Assembly (NCBI GenBank): GCA_043228905.1
Contig: JBHGNT010000005.1
Span: forward strand, 22,072,001-22,136,000
DNA length: 64,000 nucleotides
Direction: 5' to 3'
Origin: Azolla caroliniana
Lineage: Eukaryota; Plantae; Polypodiophyta
The position numbers were made by a program, and so were the translations under genes. Below are positions 11,749 through 26,580 of the stretch, one piece after another. The notes below the pieces were generated by a model. It had not been told where the DNA came from. It worked only from the letters and a program-made list of their open reading frames with translations, and made no database searches. Position 1 is the first letter of the stretch; the number at the start of each line of letters is the position of its first letter.

Positions 11749-12906
11749 CTAGCAACAATTAATTATAATTCCATTACGTAGGAGAATCATCATGATAAAT
11801 GCAAAACATTGTTTATACCACTTATTCATGTAGTTGAATGTATTTAGAATAGATGTGAAGTAAAGAATGCTTCGGGGATGATGGTTTATCACATCAAGTG
11901 TAGTAAATCTCATGACAAAACCTAAGGACTAATAAACATTGAAAGGAATACTAAAGGAGGCTAGACTTCATCAGTGCACATCATTCCTTGAGCCTTTACT
12001 TAAGCCTATTTATACATACATGTACATATTGATCTACATCCATTTTACACTTTGTTGGAGATTAAATTTTCTATGATTGAAAGATATTATGAAGTAAAAT
12101 AGCTTATATTAGGCGTAGTTTTGAACTTGGATTCTAGGTTTGAATGATTGTGTCTTACTTGTGCTTAAACTCGAAACTAAGCTTGAACATGTCTTGTTTG
12201 AGTGACTATGACATGCTTCAAAAGATCAAGGTTGTTTGTCCCAAAGCATCATCGGTGTGCATGCACGTGCATGAGTTGACACACATGTATGTGTTATCTA
12301 GTTGGTCCCAGTTTTAGATCGAGCACTATAGTTTAGGGATAGCTAGGCCTTTGCAAGACAAACACTATAGTATTGAGAAGCTTCTAATAAAGATATTGAC
12401 CAACTACTCATAGAAGACTAGGATTGTTCCAATCAAACTTTGCTCACTGTCATTTGGTACAAAAAACGTATTCTTGATTTTCATGCATGCCCCTAACCAA
12501 TGCACAATGCTATAGTAGAATTAGATTGACTTAAATAGTTGTAGATAGCACATGCACCCCCAAGGAGTTACTTTATGTTGTCAGTAAACATAGCATATTA
12601 AGTGATTGTCGAATCCATGTGAGGGTTCCCTAAATAGCTTGTGGCAATTTGTTCATATATCAAATGGTACATGATGTGTGTTGGGGTATTTGTTCTTGTT
12701 TTAAAGCTACGAAATGCTAAAAAGAATGTGAGTCGCGAGGCTCGAACTCGAGCCATGGACCATGATACCAAATGAGAACCTATTTGCCATTCGACACTTG
12801 CCCCTTTAAAAAATTGAGAGAATGCAAGCTTCACCTAAATAAACCTACTTGAAGTAGAGCAACAACATTTCCTATATATTAAAAAATTTAGGATTTAAAG
12901 TTTTAC

Positions 12907-13660
12907 CTTTCATGTTGGTCATCGCCTCTTCGATGTCACGATTGTCGTCCTCCTCCTCATCATTATCGGTAGGGGGCATGAGAATAATGTGTTTTCGGAA
13001 GGTGAGCTCAATGAGGGTGAGGAGCAATGCAAAGATCGCGGATGCAGCGATCGTCACTACGAACCCAAGGAGGTATTGGGCATGCGAGGTCCCAATGGGC
13101 CGGTCGGACGCGGAAGTGACAGCCAAGATGACGGTGGCGGTCGAGATGACAACGACCGCATTGATGGCCGCGGGTGAGAGCCGGTGTCCGGCAAGTGCGA
13201 ACGCAAACACGGCATTGAAGGCCAGTTGAGTGGAGCAAAGCAAAGAGTTGGTCGACACAGGCAAGTAACTCATCCCTAGGGAGTACAACAAGTTGTCGAC
13301 CACGGTGAGTAGGCCAAGGCCCGCGTATGTGGCGGCCATCGAAGAGGTTAATAATGCGGTGGTCGGCCTCGTGCCTTGCTTCCAATGGCACACAGCCAAG
13401 AGCGGGAGCGCAGCCGGCCAACCCGCACTTTCGATCCATGTGTACAACCACCTCCTGGAGCCCCCATGCACAAAATAGTACCTCCCTAGCAAGGATGCAC
13501 ATGACAAGCCCACTACCAATGCCACACTGCTGGCCAGCATGAGTGCCCAATATCTCCATTTCCTACCGAAATATGTCCTTGTCCTTGTCCCTTCTTCGAA
13601 CCCAACGCTACCTCTTTTTGCTTCGACAATGCCGATTGTATTTGTCATAGTTGTCGCCAT
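12907..13660 (-). CDS. Purine permease (PUP) family transporter, exon 1
   Basis: ATG at 13660. Motifs LLGRYYFVHGGSRRWL, ESAGWP, DNLLYS.GMSYLPVSTNSLLCSTQLAFNAVF are characteristic of plant PUPs. GT donor at 12906 (AAAG|GTAAAA), phase 1. Confidence 0.9.
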
Positions 13661-16600
13661 CTCTTCTCTCGTTGTCCCCCCTCTAGGGCTGCTTTCTTCT
13701 TCCCTACATGCACACACTCCCCAAGTGAATGTTAGGACCAAGCCAACCTATTGTTCTCGACAACATAGGCTTACTTACACCTATGGATAAATCCGAGACT
13801 ACATACCCACATGAACACCCAAGATGTTAACTATCCCTCGACTAGCCTTACTAGTCGTTCATCATCGGGGCAGTTCAAGCTTCATGATGACCCCATGAGT
13901 TGAAACTTGACTAGCTTAATCCATGTAAAGCTAAACCTAACTACCTAAGAACTCCATCATTACTCTCAAATCCAACATGTAATGTCTGCACTCATGCATG
14001 TCCATAATTGTTCTCGTTAATGTGAGGCTCAACATTGCATTGAATGTTATGTGTTCACTTGGGTGTAAGCTTGCTTAGGTTGTATAATAACTAAAGAGTA
14101 GATGATATGGTCATTTGATGCCTAGGTAGCTACCAAAGTTTTCATGTGGTCATAACCATCCATGCCCATATTAATAGGTGGGGGGAAACCCCCGACGTGG
14201 CTCCTAGTTGGAACATATGATATTGTTAGTGTGTTAGCTTTCTTAGGGCTTTTTTTGAGAAAACTTATTCCTAGCATGGGCCACTTGTTTAGAATCGGAC
14301 ATTACCTTTTTTTACGACCAAGTTTCATGACGCGTGTATTTAGTACACCTTATCAGATTTGACAAAGTGAATCACACATGTTTGTTGAAAGTTAAGATGT
14401 GATGCACATGATTAGCATGGGTGGTGATGAAGAAAATGAAAATATGTTTTCTTTCCATGTGCCACCTAGCTAGCCTAGTGATAAAAACCCAAAAAGGCTT
14501 CCTTCTATGTCCCACCTAGATACTTTGTAATCACGAATATTGTTTCTTTTCGGTAGATTTTATTCTCATACATTTTCATAAAAGGGTAAGTTTGCATATG
14601 ATGCTCTTTTTAAAGCTTCGATAAAATTGGTGCCCACCTTTTCAGGAAGACAGTAGAAGAATTTTCCATCGACCATATCTTCATAAAATCTCTTCATACC
14701 CATGGAAAAAGTCTACTAGCATGGACAATAAAATTATTATAGAAAATGACTGATACATAATGGCGCTAGGATTGGCAAACCACCAGGTCTATTTGCTCTT
14801 TAACCAGGAAACTAGGGTATACTCTATTCTAAGAATCACTTCTGACCTTTGTACTGCCATTAATATGTTTAGTGGAACTACGACTCTTATCGTATTCAAC
14901 ATTGTATGTAAAAAAGAGTAAGCTTTTCCTTTAGGCATAATACTAGAGTTCGGAGAGTACCGATATTCGCAAAAATTATGGGTTTATGGACCTTCGCTTC
15001 AATACCGTATTCATGTATTAACATTTTTTAAAGAAGTTTGACCTTTAAAAATCATCGTTCAAAATGTCTAGCCTCCTAAACTGCATCTAAGCTAGAATTC
15101 TTACACCCACTACATGTAAGTTGTCCCAAAGAGCATCAATTTAGCTAGTACTCACTATCTATGCTACAAATTCTTGAGTAAAAGGTACCCAAACGTCACA
15201 TGGCCCCCAACATTCACATCATTACATCTCTGCAAATTCTACATTTAAAACATATAAAACTAGCAACGGGGATCCCCAGTCGTAAGCACTCTGCAAACCT
15301 AAATATAAGCCTATTGTCGTTTTCAAATGGATATGTTGGCGTTAGAGGGTGTAGTGTTTCATGTGGCATGGACTCCCTTAGACTTATTAGACCTATTATA
15401 GTCCTACATTACTATTTACTAGATTAAAAAACATGAATAAAGACATGGGTACAATTTAGCATTGATGTGTCTTCTAGAAAAACGTGAAACGTTTTATATA
15501 CATACGTGTTCTAAGGGGGTAAACTAATTGGATTTGATATTCAACGTAGTCATTATGCACATTAGTTAGACTAGAAATACCCGATTTATTATTGGATCCA
15601 CCACTTAGATAACTTCCCAATAGTAAAAATGTAGCATTTACTCCCTTCTTGTTAGAATGCTCACTGTTGTGTCTAAAAGTTATAAACTTGGTGTAATCTA
15701 TGGTTTGAAATTGATTTCGTTGAACCATTGCCTTCTCAAAGTTCTAATTCTTTCGTTTATAAATCGGAACGTGTGTGTGGGTAGTTAGAACTTAGAAGAG
15801 TTGTAAACTTCACCTGATTGTTTGAAATTGATTTCTTGCAACAACTCAAAGTCCACATCCATTGCAACATAAATTGGAAACTATGCATTACTTGGTAGCT
15901 AAATACTTATGGATCATGGTAAATAATGATAAATAGAATAAAGTGGTAGTAAGACATATACAACATCGATGACAAAGTAGTATTTACATGCATGCATCAG
16001 ACATCTTGGTATCTACTATCACCTTTAAGAACAATTATTTAGCCGACATGTTTGACAACTTACATGGCAGCATACATATATACAACATGAAAATTCAAGA
16101 CTTGAGTTACACTAAATTATGATCATCATCTTCACAATTCTTTTCAATATATTAACTCAAAGAACTTTGATTATTCGTTAATTTCTAGCCCATTGTGAAA
16201 TGAGAGTGAGACAGAACTCCAAACTTTTATATAAACATTGATTGACATCTTAGTGCCACAATCAACACAATACGCATATAATCTTTTAATAGTAGTTGAG
16301 TAGACACATGAGGGTAGATTATGGGAACATTATATTTGACCTAGTAAATTACCTTTCAAAATGGTCAAATGGCTACTAAGCAACATAGAAAAGAAAACTA
16401 TGCTATCTAAATTAAAGAAATTTATATGATGGGGTCCAATGAGGATGGCAAGACTTGGAAATAAAGTGGCATAGCAACAAATTATGTGGACCTCTTCTAG
16501 GTGAAGAAACTATGTGCCGAATATCTAAGGGTTAAACGATCAACTTAAAATGATAGAACATGGAAATGTACACGTTCATTTAAAAAATGTGCACATTTTC

Positions 16601-17806
16601 ATTATAGAAGCACCTCACTATGGAAAAGTGTTAATTCATTATCTTTCATATGGAGCATTCCAGGGAAGACACTTTGAAATGGGAAATGGATTGATTATAG
16701 AGAATAGAAATATGGCATGATGAGGCAAATTATTTCTTCATATGGATGAACTAATGTGGTGGACATCAATGAAAACACATTGACGTATGTGGGCAAATCA
16801 TCATATATGTATGATATATGATGAATGAACAATATGAGGAGAATTCTGTTGATAGTAATTAAAAACCGAGTTACGTACAAACAATGATGATTAGCATCAC
16901 ATGGACTCATCTTCATGGTGCACATAAGGTCATTGAGGAATGCTTGTAGTTGGGACCCATCTATCCCTATGGTTACCCCTTTTAATGTATTAAACCTTAG
17001 TTTTTAATAATGCATAATATGGTATCAATTATAAGTTTAACATCCTATAGGTGCAATATGACACACATGTAGTTATTATTGATATAAATCAGAGATACAT
17101 ACATAGAGAGGGAGAGAGGGAGAGACCTGTTTGTTGACCAAATATTAGCCTTCTTGTGTTGATTCGTTAATCAATGCAAATTTTGTTCTGAATGAATAAA
17201 TTCATCACAATCATTCATCCATATAGTTTGTTCCCCCATATGCTTAAAATCGTCACATGTTGGTATTAGTAACGGAGACTCCACCATTGCCTGTTAATGT
17301 GTCTTGTAGTCTTTCTTGTAGAGTTTTCATTAACTATCCTTAAGAAGCCTACACAACATAGGGTGATGTTATGATTGTGGGAAACTCATACAAGTACAAT
17401 ATAAAGATAAATAAATAAAAGATATATAGTGAATCATATTGGAGATTGCAGGTCGATGATATATGATATAATTGAGGAGAGAAATATAATTGTTAGTGTT
17501 GTAGTAAACTTTGGTGATTGATGAACAGACACACATATACTTACAGAAAGGTTATTTATATATTTTCGAATAGTTGTGTAGGATGTTAATTGTATTGGCA
17601 CTAGCCTGATTCATGTGGGTAGAGTGAATGCATAAATAATATATGTATGTATATATGTGTATTTATAGTGAAGTTATTATGATTGAAGCGGATAGTATGG
17701 TTACTAGGCTCCTTTGTGTGGGTTATTATAGTAGTGTGGGTTTCCTAGTTGGATGAGGGTATGGCTCAACTAGATAGAGATAGAGAACTTGTTTGTGTGT
17801 GTGTCT

Positions 17807-17810
<4 letters not shown>

Positions 17811-17846
<36 letters not shown>
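17811..17846. repeat. (GA)18 microsatellite
   Basis: Read directly from the sequence. Confidence 0.95.
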
Positions 17847-17849
<3 letters not shown>

Positions 17850-20800
17850 GGGGCTTTTGAAAGAGATGTGGGGCTAAATGTAGCATAGATTGTTAAAAAC
17901 AACCAACGGTGTGTAAATCTCTTTTTGATATTTCCAAGGTTTCCAAATGTCGAGATAAGTAAACATAATCGTGGTAAGAAAAGTACCAATCTTAGGGTGG
18001 ACTTGGATCAAGATGGTAAAAAAATAAGGAACCCCATGGAGGTATGAGTAAATGTTTGGATGGAAATATAGGCTTCTACTACTACCTTGAAAAGTATAGA
18101 GATTTGTGCTATTCTTTCGAAAATTTTCACAATATTTAGCTTATTTTTGGTGAATATTGAATGCAATTCCTTTTTCTTTTCTTTAAATTGGGCGAATCTT
18201 TGAAAACCATATTGGTCATAAAAATAGTTAGAATTTCCCAAAAATAACCATTTATCGATCAATGGAGAGCGTGATTATGTGTAGCCCTCCTCTTTTGTTT
18301 TTGTTCCCCCTCCCCCACATTTGTCTATTGATGTATAGTAAGGTTCTTTTTGCAACAAGCCAAAACATAACACTTTAGCAAATGCCTATCTCCAATTGGA
18401 GAGGATAAAGTTTCTCTTCACCTCCAAAACTCATAGATTTTGTGGATGTGATTAGCACCTGAAACATTAAATGTACTCATGTGAATTTGGCTACATGGTT
18501 TCTACTGCTGCCATGTCCTCCTTTATTCTAAAACTATAAGGATAGGAAAAGAGAGATAAACATGAGAAAATAACGGGAACCATAATAATGTATATTGGCT
18601 CATACATGGTGCATGGATATAAGATATGTATGCACAGTGCAAATGATTTTGTGCATCATCACATGTATAGCATGTGTGTGTGTGTGTGTATGTTCCTGTA
18701 TTTCTCATGCATTCGGCATTTTGAAGTGAGAACCCAATATGCTTGAATGAGCTACATATTTGATTGAATGGATTAAACCCCCTCTTGATTATTCTTATCT
18801 TTGACTTCATTGCAACATGGAAACATTACGTAATGTGCATGCGCACTTGGTCTTCATCTTTTCGGATTATACGAAACTATTTCCTAAAGTTGTTCACATG
18901 TCCCCTCCTAGCTCCACATGGAAGTTCAATGGATCATGTATTCTAAACTTGTCTCACGTCTACTTATTAATGGCATGTCACAAGGGACGATTTGTCAAGA
19001 TCACATGCATTCTTCATATGTGTTAAGAATGACACAAGCCCCATGATATAATGAACATGATGAGATGACCTAACTTCAAACTTGTCACATTTCTCCTCTT
19101 GCCATCATAGTTAAAGTAAAGATTTTGCAAGATCTTCTAATAAAAAGAACATTGTTGGCCTTGTGATATCTTTGAACATTTAAATTTCATTATTGTCTTT
19201 CTTACGATTTCATCGATCTCCAAACTTCAAAGCATACTATTTGAAACCACACCCTTGGACTTACGAAATATATCTTGGAGATTTCAATAGCATGCGTCTC
19301 TTTTTCAGCCTAGATGAATAATCCATATCTAGCATCACACATTGGTGAAATCAAAAGAAACGTTGTCATAACTACATCTTGATTCTACAGTATGCGAACA
19401 AAACAACTTTTTCTCATGTTTTCATAAATATTTTATTTGGTAGGTGTTTCTATTCCATTTGTTTCTTCATGACTATATGCCATCAAAACTAGATGATGTA
19501 ATATTTTCACATTCTAGCCTAAAACGTATTTATATTTCCATTTGTTTTGATGCTCTTGCATATAATCATTTACTTACGTCTCCCAGATTAAAAATCCCAA
19601 ATGTGAACACTTAAATGTGACGAAGCTTATATGAGGAACCTTTGTAGCCTACATAAAGCACTATGTTTCAATATTCCATTATTCTAGCAATAATATCTCA
19701 TGTTCTATACTAGGATTGGGGAATTCCTAATTGTTGGACCTCCTCAATTAATCTAATCTCGCCCCTTTCCTATGCACATTTCACTTAGAGCTTCTTGATT
19801 TGATTTAAAAAGCGCATGATTTCGTCATTGTTCACGCTTCCATAAGTCAAGTAGAGTTGGTTTGGAGGAGACATCAAATCTAGAACAGTGACAACTTAAA
19901 AAGGACTCGTCCAAGAATTTCCTAAATTCCTGTTACTCATCAATATGTTAATGTTATAAGTTATAACATATCATTTTTTTCTTCTCGTGATATTGTTGGA
20001 TTCATGAAAGAGATTTGATGTGCCTCACATCTTTTGAATTCCAAAGTGTATTAAAAAGAAATAGACATTTAAACATAAGCCATCTTCTACTCATAAATCT
20101 GAAAACACACGTTTCTCGAAAAGAAATACAAAGAATAAACGATCGAGGAGATCCGTTGCTATAATCTTAATCCAAGACCAGCAAGTAAGGTTGTTCCCAT
20201 GGCTTCGTCTTTTCCTTTAGTAGTTAAAGTGGTGATCCTATTCGTGGTACTACTTTTTATTGTCAAGTTATTAAATAAATTTAAGAGTGTATATAACATT
20301 ATTTCATTTCGCTAAGATTTGAACCTATGTTCCAAAATGATTTATTGGAATGTTTACACAGGTTGAATATGCGAGTAGATGTGCGACTTTCCCCGTCAAT
20401 ATACTCAGCATATTGTAAAGTGAGATATTCCTTTCGGCAATCATGGAGTTCATGTTTCTCAATCAATAAACATAAAGACTATTGCAAGAGACTAAATCGA
20501 TTATGGTTTACATTCATATGATGTACAAATTCTTTACGCTCGCTATCATTTGCACAACTTTATGCTCGCCAATTGTGTTTTTTCGACGGACTCAACATTC
20601 GCAACAAATCAAGATGTGAAGGGTGACATTATCCAACATACTACAACAAATCAAAATGTGATGGTGTCATTGTTGTAGGAAAAGATGTTGCGAGTTTCTT
20701 TCCCCACCATCACCATAATTCGTGAAACATTGTTTGATGAGCTCTGTGTTATTGTGAGGTTATAATACGAACAACAAGGAGCCAACTATATAATACATCA

Positions 20801-22970
20801 AATTTAAAATACCAAAAGCATTCAAAATATCTTCATGCAATATTGTGGTAACAAACTATCTACCTTAACCTTTTGTCAAGTATATAATAGATGAATAATG
20901 TTTGTCGGTATGAGGGAGACGCTTACATATATATATCTCTCTTTCTCTCACTGTATATTTTTCTTTAGTAATCCAAGGACATTAGTACAAATCACTATGC
21001 AAAATTTAGAGTTGTACGCGTAACTTTGTAGTCAATGGGAGGCAAGTTTGTCAATTCAGTTCCCTCTCTCTACACATTAAAGTTCCAACGGGATCCGCTT
21101 ATCCTTTGCACATGTCCATGCTTCATTATTAAGTTTTATTAGATCCTACAAGATCCTCCTTGCCCATACCTACCCATTCTAATGAAACTATCAATCTATC
21201 CAAAGCCCTATTTAATAAATTCATCAATCATTGTCAATCCAATGCTTTGCACATGTTAGTATGGTTGTCTAAAAGAGATTCCTATGAACACACTATGAGT
21301 TACATTTATTCTGACTTTAACTTCTTTCCTAGGATCTTACATCCGATTTTTCCAATCTTTAGATTGTAACTACCATTCATTTGGATATTTGCATATTTTG
21401 GTATTAGTATTAATTGTTAACATCTTATTATATCTAATTTTGGAGGCCCTTAAGTGTTTGTTCTTAATTACTGTAAAAATAATGGCACGTTCATTAGGTT
21501 AGTAACTATAAAACCCAATTCGCCAAGGTTGGGACATCATATTTGAGTGGCCAAAGTGAGCCATGGGAACATAAGAGCATAGATGACCTCAACATTGAAT
21601 GTTTGGTATGTGTACCTTTTCTTTGGGTATTTACATATTTGGATGTACGTATTCAAACATTACAATCAAATCTCCACAATTTATTGTATCTAATTTCCTA
21701 GGCTAATATTTACCAACACACTCTACTATCTTGACTCTCACACTACATAGATAAGGGGAATCAAGTCGATGTTCCATGCAACATTCATTACGTGCTATGT
21801 CTCCTACACGTACTGTGCTATGTAGATTAACGGGATGTGACGTTGACAACACCCGTGAATTGATACTTCACCATTATGAGGGAGGGAAAAAAAGTAGGGG
21901 AAGGAGAGGTGAGAGCACAAGGTTAGACATGTAGGCACGAGTAGTGAATTGTGTGAGTGATTGAGAGGGCCTTCCTCCATAGCCTCCCTCAAGCGTGTGG
22001 AACAATGAGTTTTTCCTCCCCTTCACTTTTTCCTTCCCATTTCTTAGCATTGCATTTCACAAGGCAAAAATGCTCACGTCTTGCGAGAAATGTTGGTTTT
22101 GTTGAGCAAATGTTAAGTACACATTGGCAATCTTAAACAAAAATCAGAAAAAGGTCTTGTATTGTGAGTGTATAGCATCAAACCCATTGCTTGACATGTT
22201 GCACACGAAAGAGCAACACTTGCACTACGACATCATGTTTACATACCCACCTTTTATGATGAATCTACAAGGATTGTTTCATGAAGACCAAATATGCACA
22301 CAGCTCACTCAAATGCGGTAGAATGCTTTCGGAGCAGCCATTGGTAAAAAGGTGTTAGAGGCTATGTATCGTGGTTAGCACATCATGTCTTTCGTTGAAA
22401 CCCTAGAGATATAGAAGAAGACAACTTGGAAAAATATTCTTGAAGCCATGGCCACACGGAGTCCTTATGAGATGCCGAAAGTTGTAGAAACCTGCCCGAG
22501 CAATTGGAAGGTCTGAATGCAAAAACAGTTGGAACATTCCATGTGCTTAGAATAATTCCAATATGGAAATGGAGTATGGCAAAGAGCTTGCTTGTGACTA
22601 CATAATTTAATCATACCGAACTAAGGCAGGTAAAACCAAAGTACGAGCAGATGCAATAAGTTGCATGTAACTTGTACTACATTTTGGTAGTAAAACATAG
22701 ATCAATGTATTGTGAGGGCTCAAAAAGACCAGCAATCTAAAGCTAGAAGCCTTCTGCATACAATAGATAATTGTTTGATGTTTCTCTAAATGTTGATATG
22801 GACCTTGTTTTGTTACATGAAAAAAATAAAATGTAGAAAACAACTAAATACAAAAAGAGCTGGCACATTATAACCAAAAAATAAAAAAAACAATTTGTAA
22901 ACACTGGATACAAATTGCAAAAATTTGGTACAATTTTCCAGAAACAAAAAATCAAGTCTTCTTGGTGAAA

Positions 22971-23051
22971 ATGGCAGACTTTTGAAGAGGATGTGTTTGT
23001 TTGTCTGTATTCATCCTATAGTTACTCTATGGCAGACTTCTGAAGAGGATG

Positions 23052-23111
<60 letters not shown>

Positions 23112-23162
23112 GTTGGTTGGTTGGTTGGTTGGTTGGTTTCATCCTGTAGTTACTCTATGGCT
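22971..23162. repeat. Tandem duplication in a 3' UTR; one copy carries a (TTGA)n(TTGG)n compound microsatellite
   Basis: The unit ATGGCAGACTTYTGAAGAGGATGT...TTCATCCTRTAGTTACTCT occurs at 22971 and 23029. Confidence 0.85.
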
Positions 23163-24033
23163 TAAACTGAAAACTTGAGAGGTTGGGCCTCTCTATATAG
23201 TTCTCTTCCACATTAGACTTATCCTTCCTCTGAGGATACAACACACCCATATTAAGGTCTGCAACTGCTTTCAAGATGGAGCAAGCCTTGGATATGGATG
23301 CTGGCATGGTGACCCTTACAGCTCCTTCTCCTCCTTCCATATTACTCCCTTCATTGTTATCAAGACTCTCTTGCATTAGAAGAAGTGATTGCACATCAGG
23401 GAAAAGAAATGGCTCACAAGACCTTTTATTAGTGGATCTGGATCTGGTAAGAAGCACTTCGTCTCTCGCTTGCACATCATCATATTCAGAGATACTCTCA
23501 TGAACACCTCCGTCCAATGCTGACCCTCCTTGTGCTAGTGGCTGACTAAAGCTCTCTTTCTCTCTTGCGTGGGGCCGATGGTGTCTTGAATACAAGACAT
23601 CGTCATCGCAAGACTCGCCTTTATGAGGATCTAGGTTTAGGTTAGAGTATTTCAGTCTATACTCTTCAAGAGCTCGGAATGCACTCAACACACTCTTGCC
23701 ACCCATAACCAAGCTTTCTGCTTTCACCTCTAGAGGGTCTTTACTTCCCACAACAAAGTCTTGTTCCAAGTCAAGCACAGCTGTTTTTACATTGGCTTCA
23801 TGGTCAATCGATCCTGTGTTTGCTTTTACAGGGCTCGTTACCTCGCCATTAGAGGTATCCTTCAGTATCTGCACTTTTTCATCACTCATTTTCACTTGCA
23901 TACTAGCATTCTCTTTCGCAATGTGTTTCAAAGGGGTGGGCTTGCCATGTGCATGATTAGCAGAATTGTTCGACATCTCCTTCAGGGGTAATCTTGTGGT
24001 CGATCTTTTTGTCCTAGTGCTTGAATCTTTGCT
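23155..24033 (-). CDS. Ser-rich plant protein, At1g65710/At5g37010-like, last coding exon
   Basis: Acceptor TTTGCAG|AGC, phase 0. The C-terminal PASISKACSILKAVADLN resembles the ACSILEAVADLN motif I recall for this family. The joined protein is 827 aa if there are no extra exons. Confidence 0.75.
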   Translation of the reverse strand, partial: SKDSSTRTKRSTTRLPLKEMSNNSANHAHGKPTPLKHIAKENASMQVKMSDEKVQILKDTSNGEVTSPVKANTGSIDHEANVKTAVLDLEQDFVVGSKDPLEVKAESLVMGGKSVLSAFRALEEYRLKYSNLNLDPHKGESCDDDVLYSRHHRPHAREKESFSQPLAQGGSALDGGVHESISEYDDVQARDEVLLTRSRSTNKRSCEPFLFPDVQSLLLMQESLDNNEGSNMEGGEGAVRVTMPASISKACSILKAVADLNMGVLYPQRKDKSNVEENYIERPNLSSFQFKP

Positions 24034-24975
24034 CTGCAAACCTCATGAATATCATAAATCTTATTACAATCCAACAACGAAATTAATGAGCCTTGACATA
24101 GAAAAGACTAACCCAAGAATTGTGAATAATTGAACCTTTAACAAGACATTTAAAGACATGTTGGGTACATGCACATCACCAGAAATCAAGACATGTATGC
24201 CCTCTAGTATGGTTGTTGAGGTATTAAAAAATAAAGCATGGCCAGGCAAAGACAAACATAGTTGAGGAAAAGAAAAAAAAGTGAAGTCATGTTCTAAACA
24301 AGGCTTGTATTTAAATATTTGTTTGCCACGATGCAACAGAGATGATACTTAAGCAATTAGAAAGCGAAACCATTTGGTGAAAGTTATGTCAGGGCTATTG
24401 TAAGTTCATCTCCTAAATCACATGAGATGTTGGGAATGGCACCAAATATTGATGCTGTAAGGTTGGACAAAAAAACTCTATGCTGAAGTGGTGCAGAATC
24501 AATGCCCATGATAAACATAGTTTTTTGGAATGCTTTATGTCCGGCTTAATATTTGATCTGGACAAATATTTGACATGGCCACATGCAAGGTTCGGGTATG
24601 TAAAGGTTTAGAATTTTCCAGGTTGACACATCATTCCACGAGTCAAGCGGGGGCAACTGATCCCTGCGAAGTTTCGATCTTTTGCTACCTAGCCCCTTCA
24701 GCCTTCCCTCCCTAGTCCACACAAACTTACCTTTACATCAAATTCTACAAGATATCATCCTTGAGACCAAATGCTTTAGATGAACTATATATTATCACGA
24801 TGACTGCTTTCCGCCCAAAATCAAATAGTATATATCACTAGAACCTAACAAATGTTTCTCATCCCAAAAGACAATGCAAATCACTCAAAACCAACAAAAT
24901 CACCATGCTTCCAACCAAGTTCCTTCAGATATCATACAAAATACTTAAGAGAAAATGGAAGAGAGGGATGAAAAC

Positions 24976-26580
24976 CTTCATATCATCCACGGAGAGCCCA
25001 GTAGCATTGCGATCTGCATTAATCATCTTGGGAGTAGTCGACGAACAGGTATTAGTTGAGGCGGGCATGGCACCATTTATGCAAGTCCTCCTGAGAGGCG
25101 ATTTCTCTTTCCTTTTGAGAGGAGATTTCTCCTTCCTTATCACAGTCTTATTGCCACTAGATGTCATGTTAGAAACCTCGAGCTCTATTTGACCCGAACT
25201 TCTCTGCACTGCAGTTCGAATCCCGCTTCTAGCACCCGAATTGTTTGAAGCATATTCTTGGCCGACTACCGGTTTATGAGCTAAGCTCGAGCTTTGATCA
25301 ACTTTAATGGAAGATGCTACAGGACGTCTGGAGGAAGAGCTAGTCATTTGCCTGTTGGCATCTGAAGAAGACAAAGACAATAGGGTGATTTTCTTCGGTG
25401 GCGATGGTCTTCTGATATTATTCGTGGCATGAGAATCCATGTGGAACTCACGAGAGGTTATAGGTTCGGAGTCTCTACTCGAAGATCGTTTGTGAACAAA
25501 TAATGCTGAGTCGGATGCATCTAAGGTTACATGCCCTGTATTCGGAGAATGTTCATTTTTAAGTGTGATCAAGGAGCGAGGTTTCTGTGCAGATAATGTG
25601 TGTAAATCCGAGCTTCCATGGCTAGATTCGTTGATGTTACTTGAGTTATATTCTGTACAGCCCTGCATCTTCCCAGAAGCATTTCTGCAGAGGCAAGGTC
25701 CTCCTCCTTCTCCATCTCCACAAGCAGAAGCATTGATGCTGGGAGATCGTCGCAGCAGTAATGGACCAGAATTATTGGTTGCAGAACATACTGAAGCTTT
25801 CATGGAATTCTTTAAAGAGTCTTCAGTTACAGGATCTGGAAGGCGAGAGAATGAATTGGTCCTGCTTGACACAGTCTTCCCCCTACTCAGAGTTTCACGA
25901 TTTTGATCTTTGCTACCTCCAGGAAGTACTAAGGTTTGCATTTCTGAGAGCCACTGCTTCCGTGCCTCTGATGGACGAAATTTGAGATCTTTTTCATCTT
26001 CATATTCTTCTTCATCATCGTCAACATCTTCTTCCTCCAAAGTAGTATCATTTGATCTCTGCAGGGAAGCAGTGGACCTTGACGAGACAGTCTTGGTAAC
26101 TATGGCAGATGGTGCTGCGGGAAGAAGGCTATGAAGGAGTGGGTTTTTACGAGGAGAAGATGCTCTGATCATCTTTTTCATGCTAGTGCTCGCAATGGCG
26201 AGCTCACCACTGTTCTTTCTGCTAGAATGTTGCAGAGAACCGACATTAGATGTCTGATCTACAGCTACACATATGGCGTCCACCTTCTGTGTAGGAGCCG
26301 GAGGTATAATAACCGAAGAGGTCTTCTGCAACTTCTCTGCAGCAATGATTAGCGATGGAGTATTTCTGGTCTGCATCTGCGAAGGTTCCATCTTCTGCTT
26401 AGTACAGGTTTCGTGGCTTTCGTCCTTACGGATCGAAGATGGAACAGAAGCTTGTTTAACGGGATCTGTAATGGTCTGAGGCTTCATATTGCAGCAACTA
26501 TTCATAAAGCTCTGATCCTTGCAACAGGAATTGTAACCATAGACATGGGTAGGATTAGCTTTGCTGAAACAAGATCCCAT
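24976..26580 (-). CDS. Ser-rich plant protein, At1g65710/At5g37010-like, first coding exon
   Basis: 551-aa ORF starting MGSCFSK (N-myristoylation/palmitoylation-like). Donor ATGAAG|GTTTTC, phase 0. Confidence 0.8.

Noticed and set aside
13661-13741. N-terminal extension of the PUP ORF in the ORF track
   Set aside because: It starts at TTG; the first ATG is at 13660.
18700-20700. Possible very old L1 ORF2 remnant on the minus strand
   Set aside because: Only faint motif echoes; it cannot be supported without a profile search.
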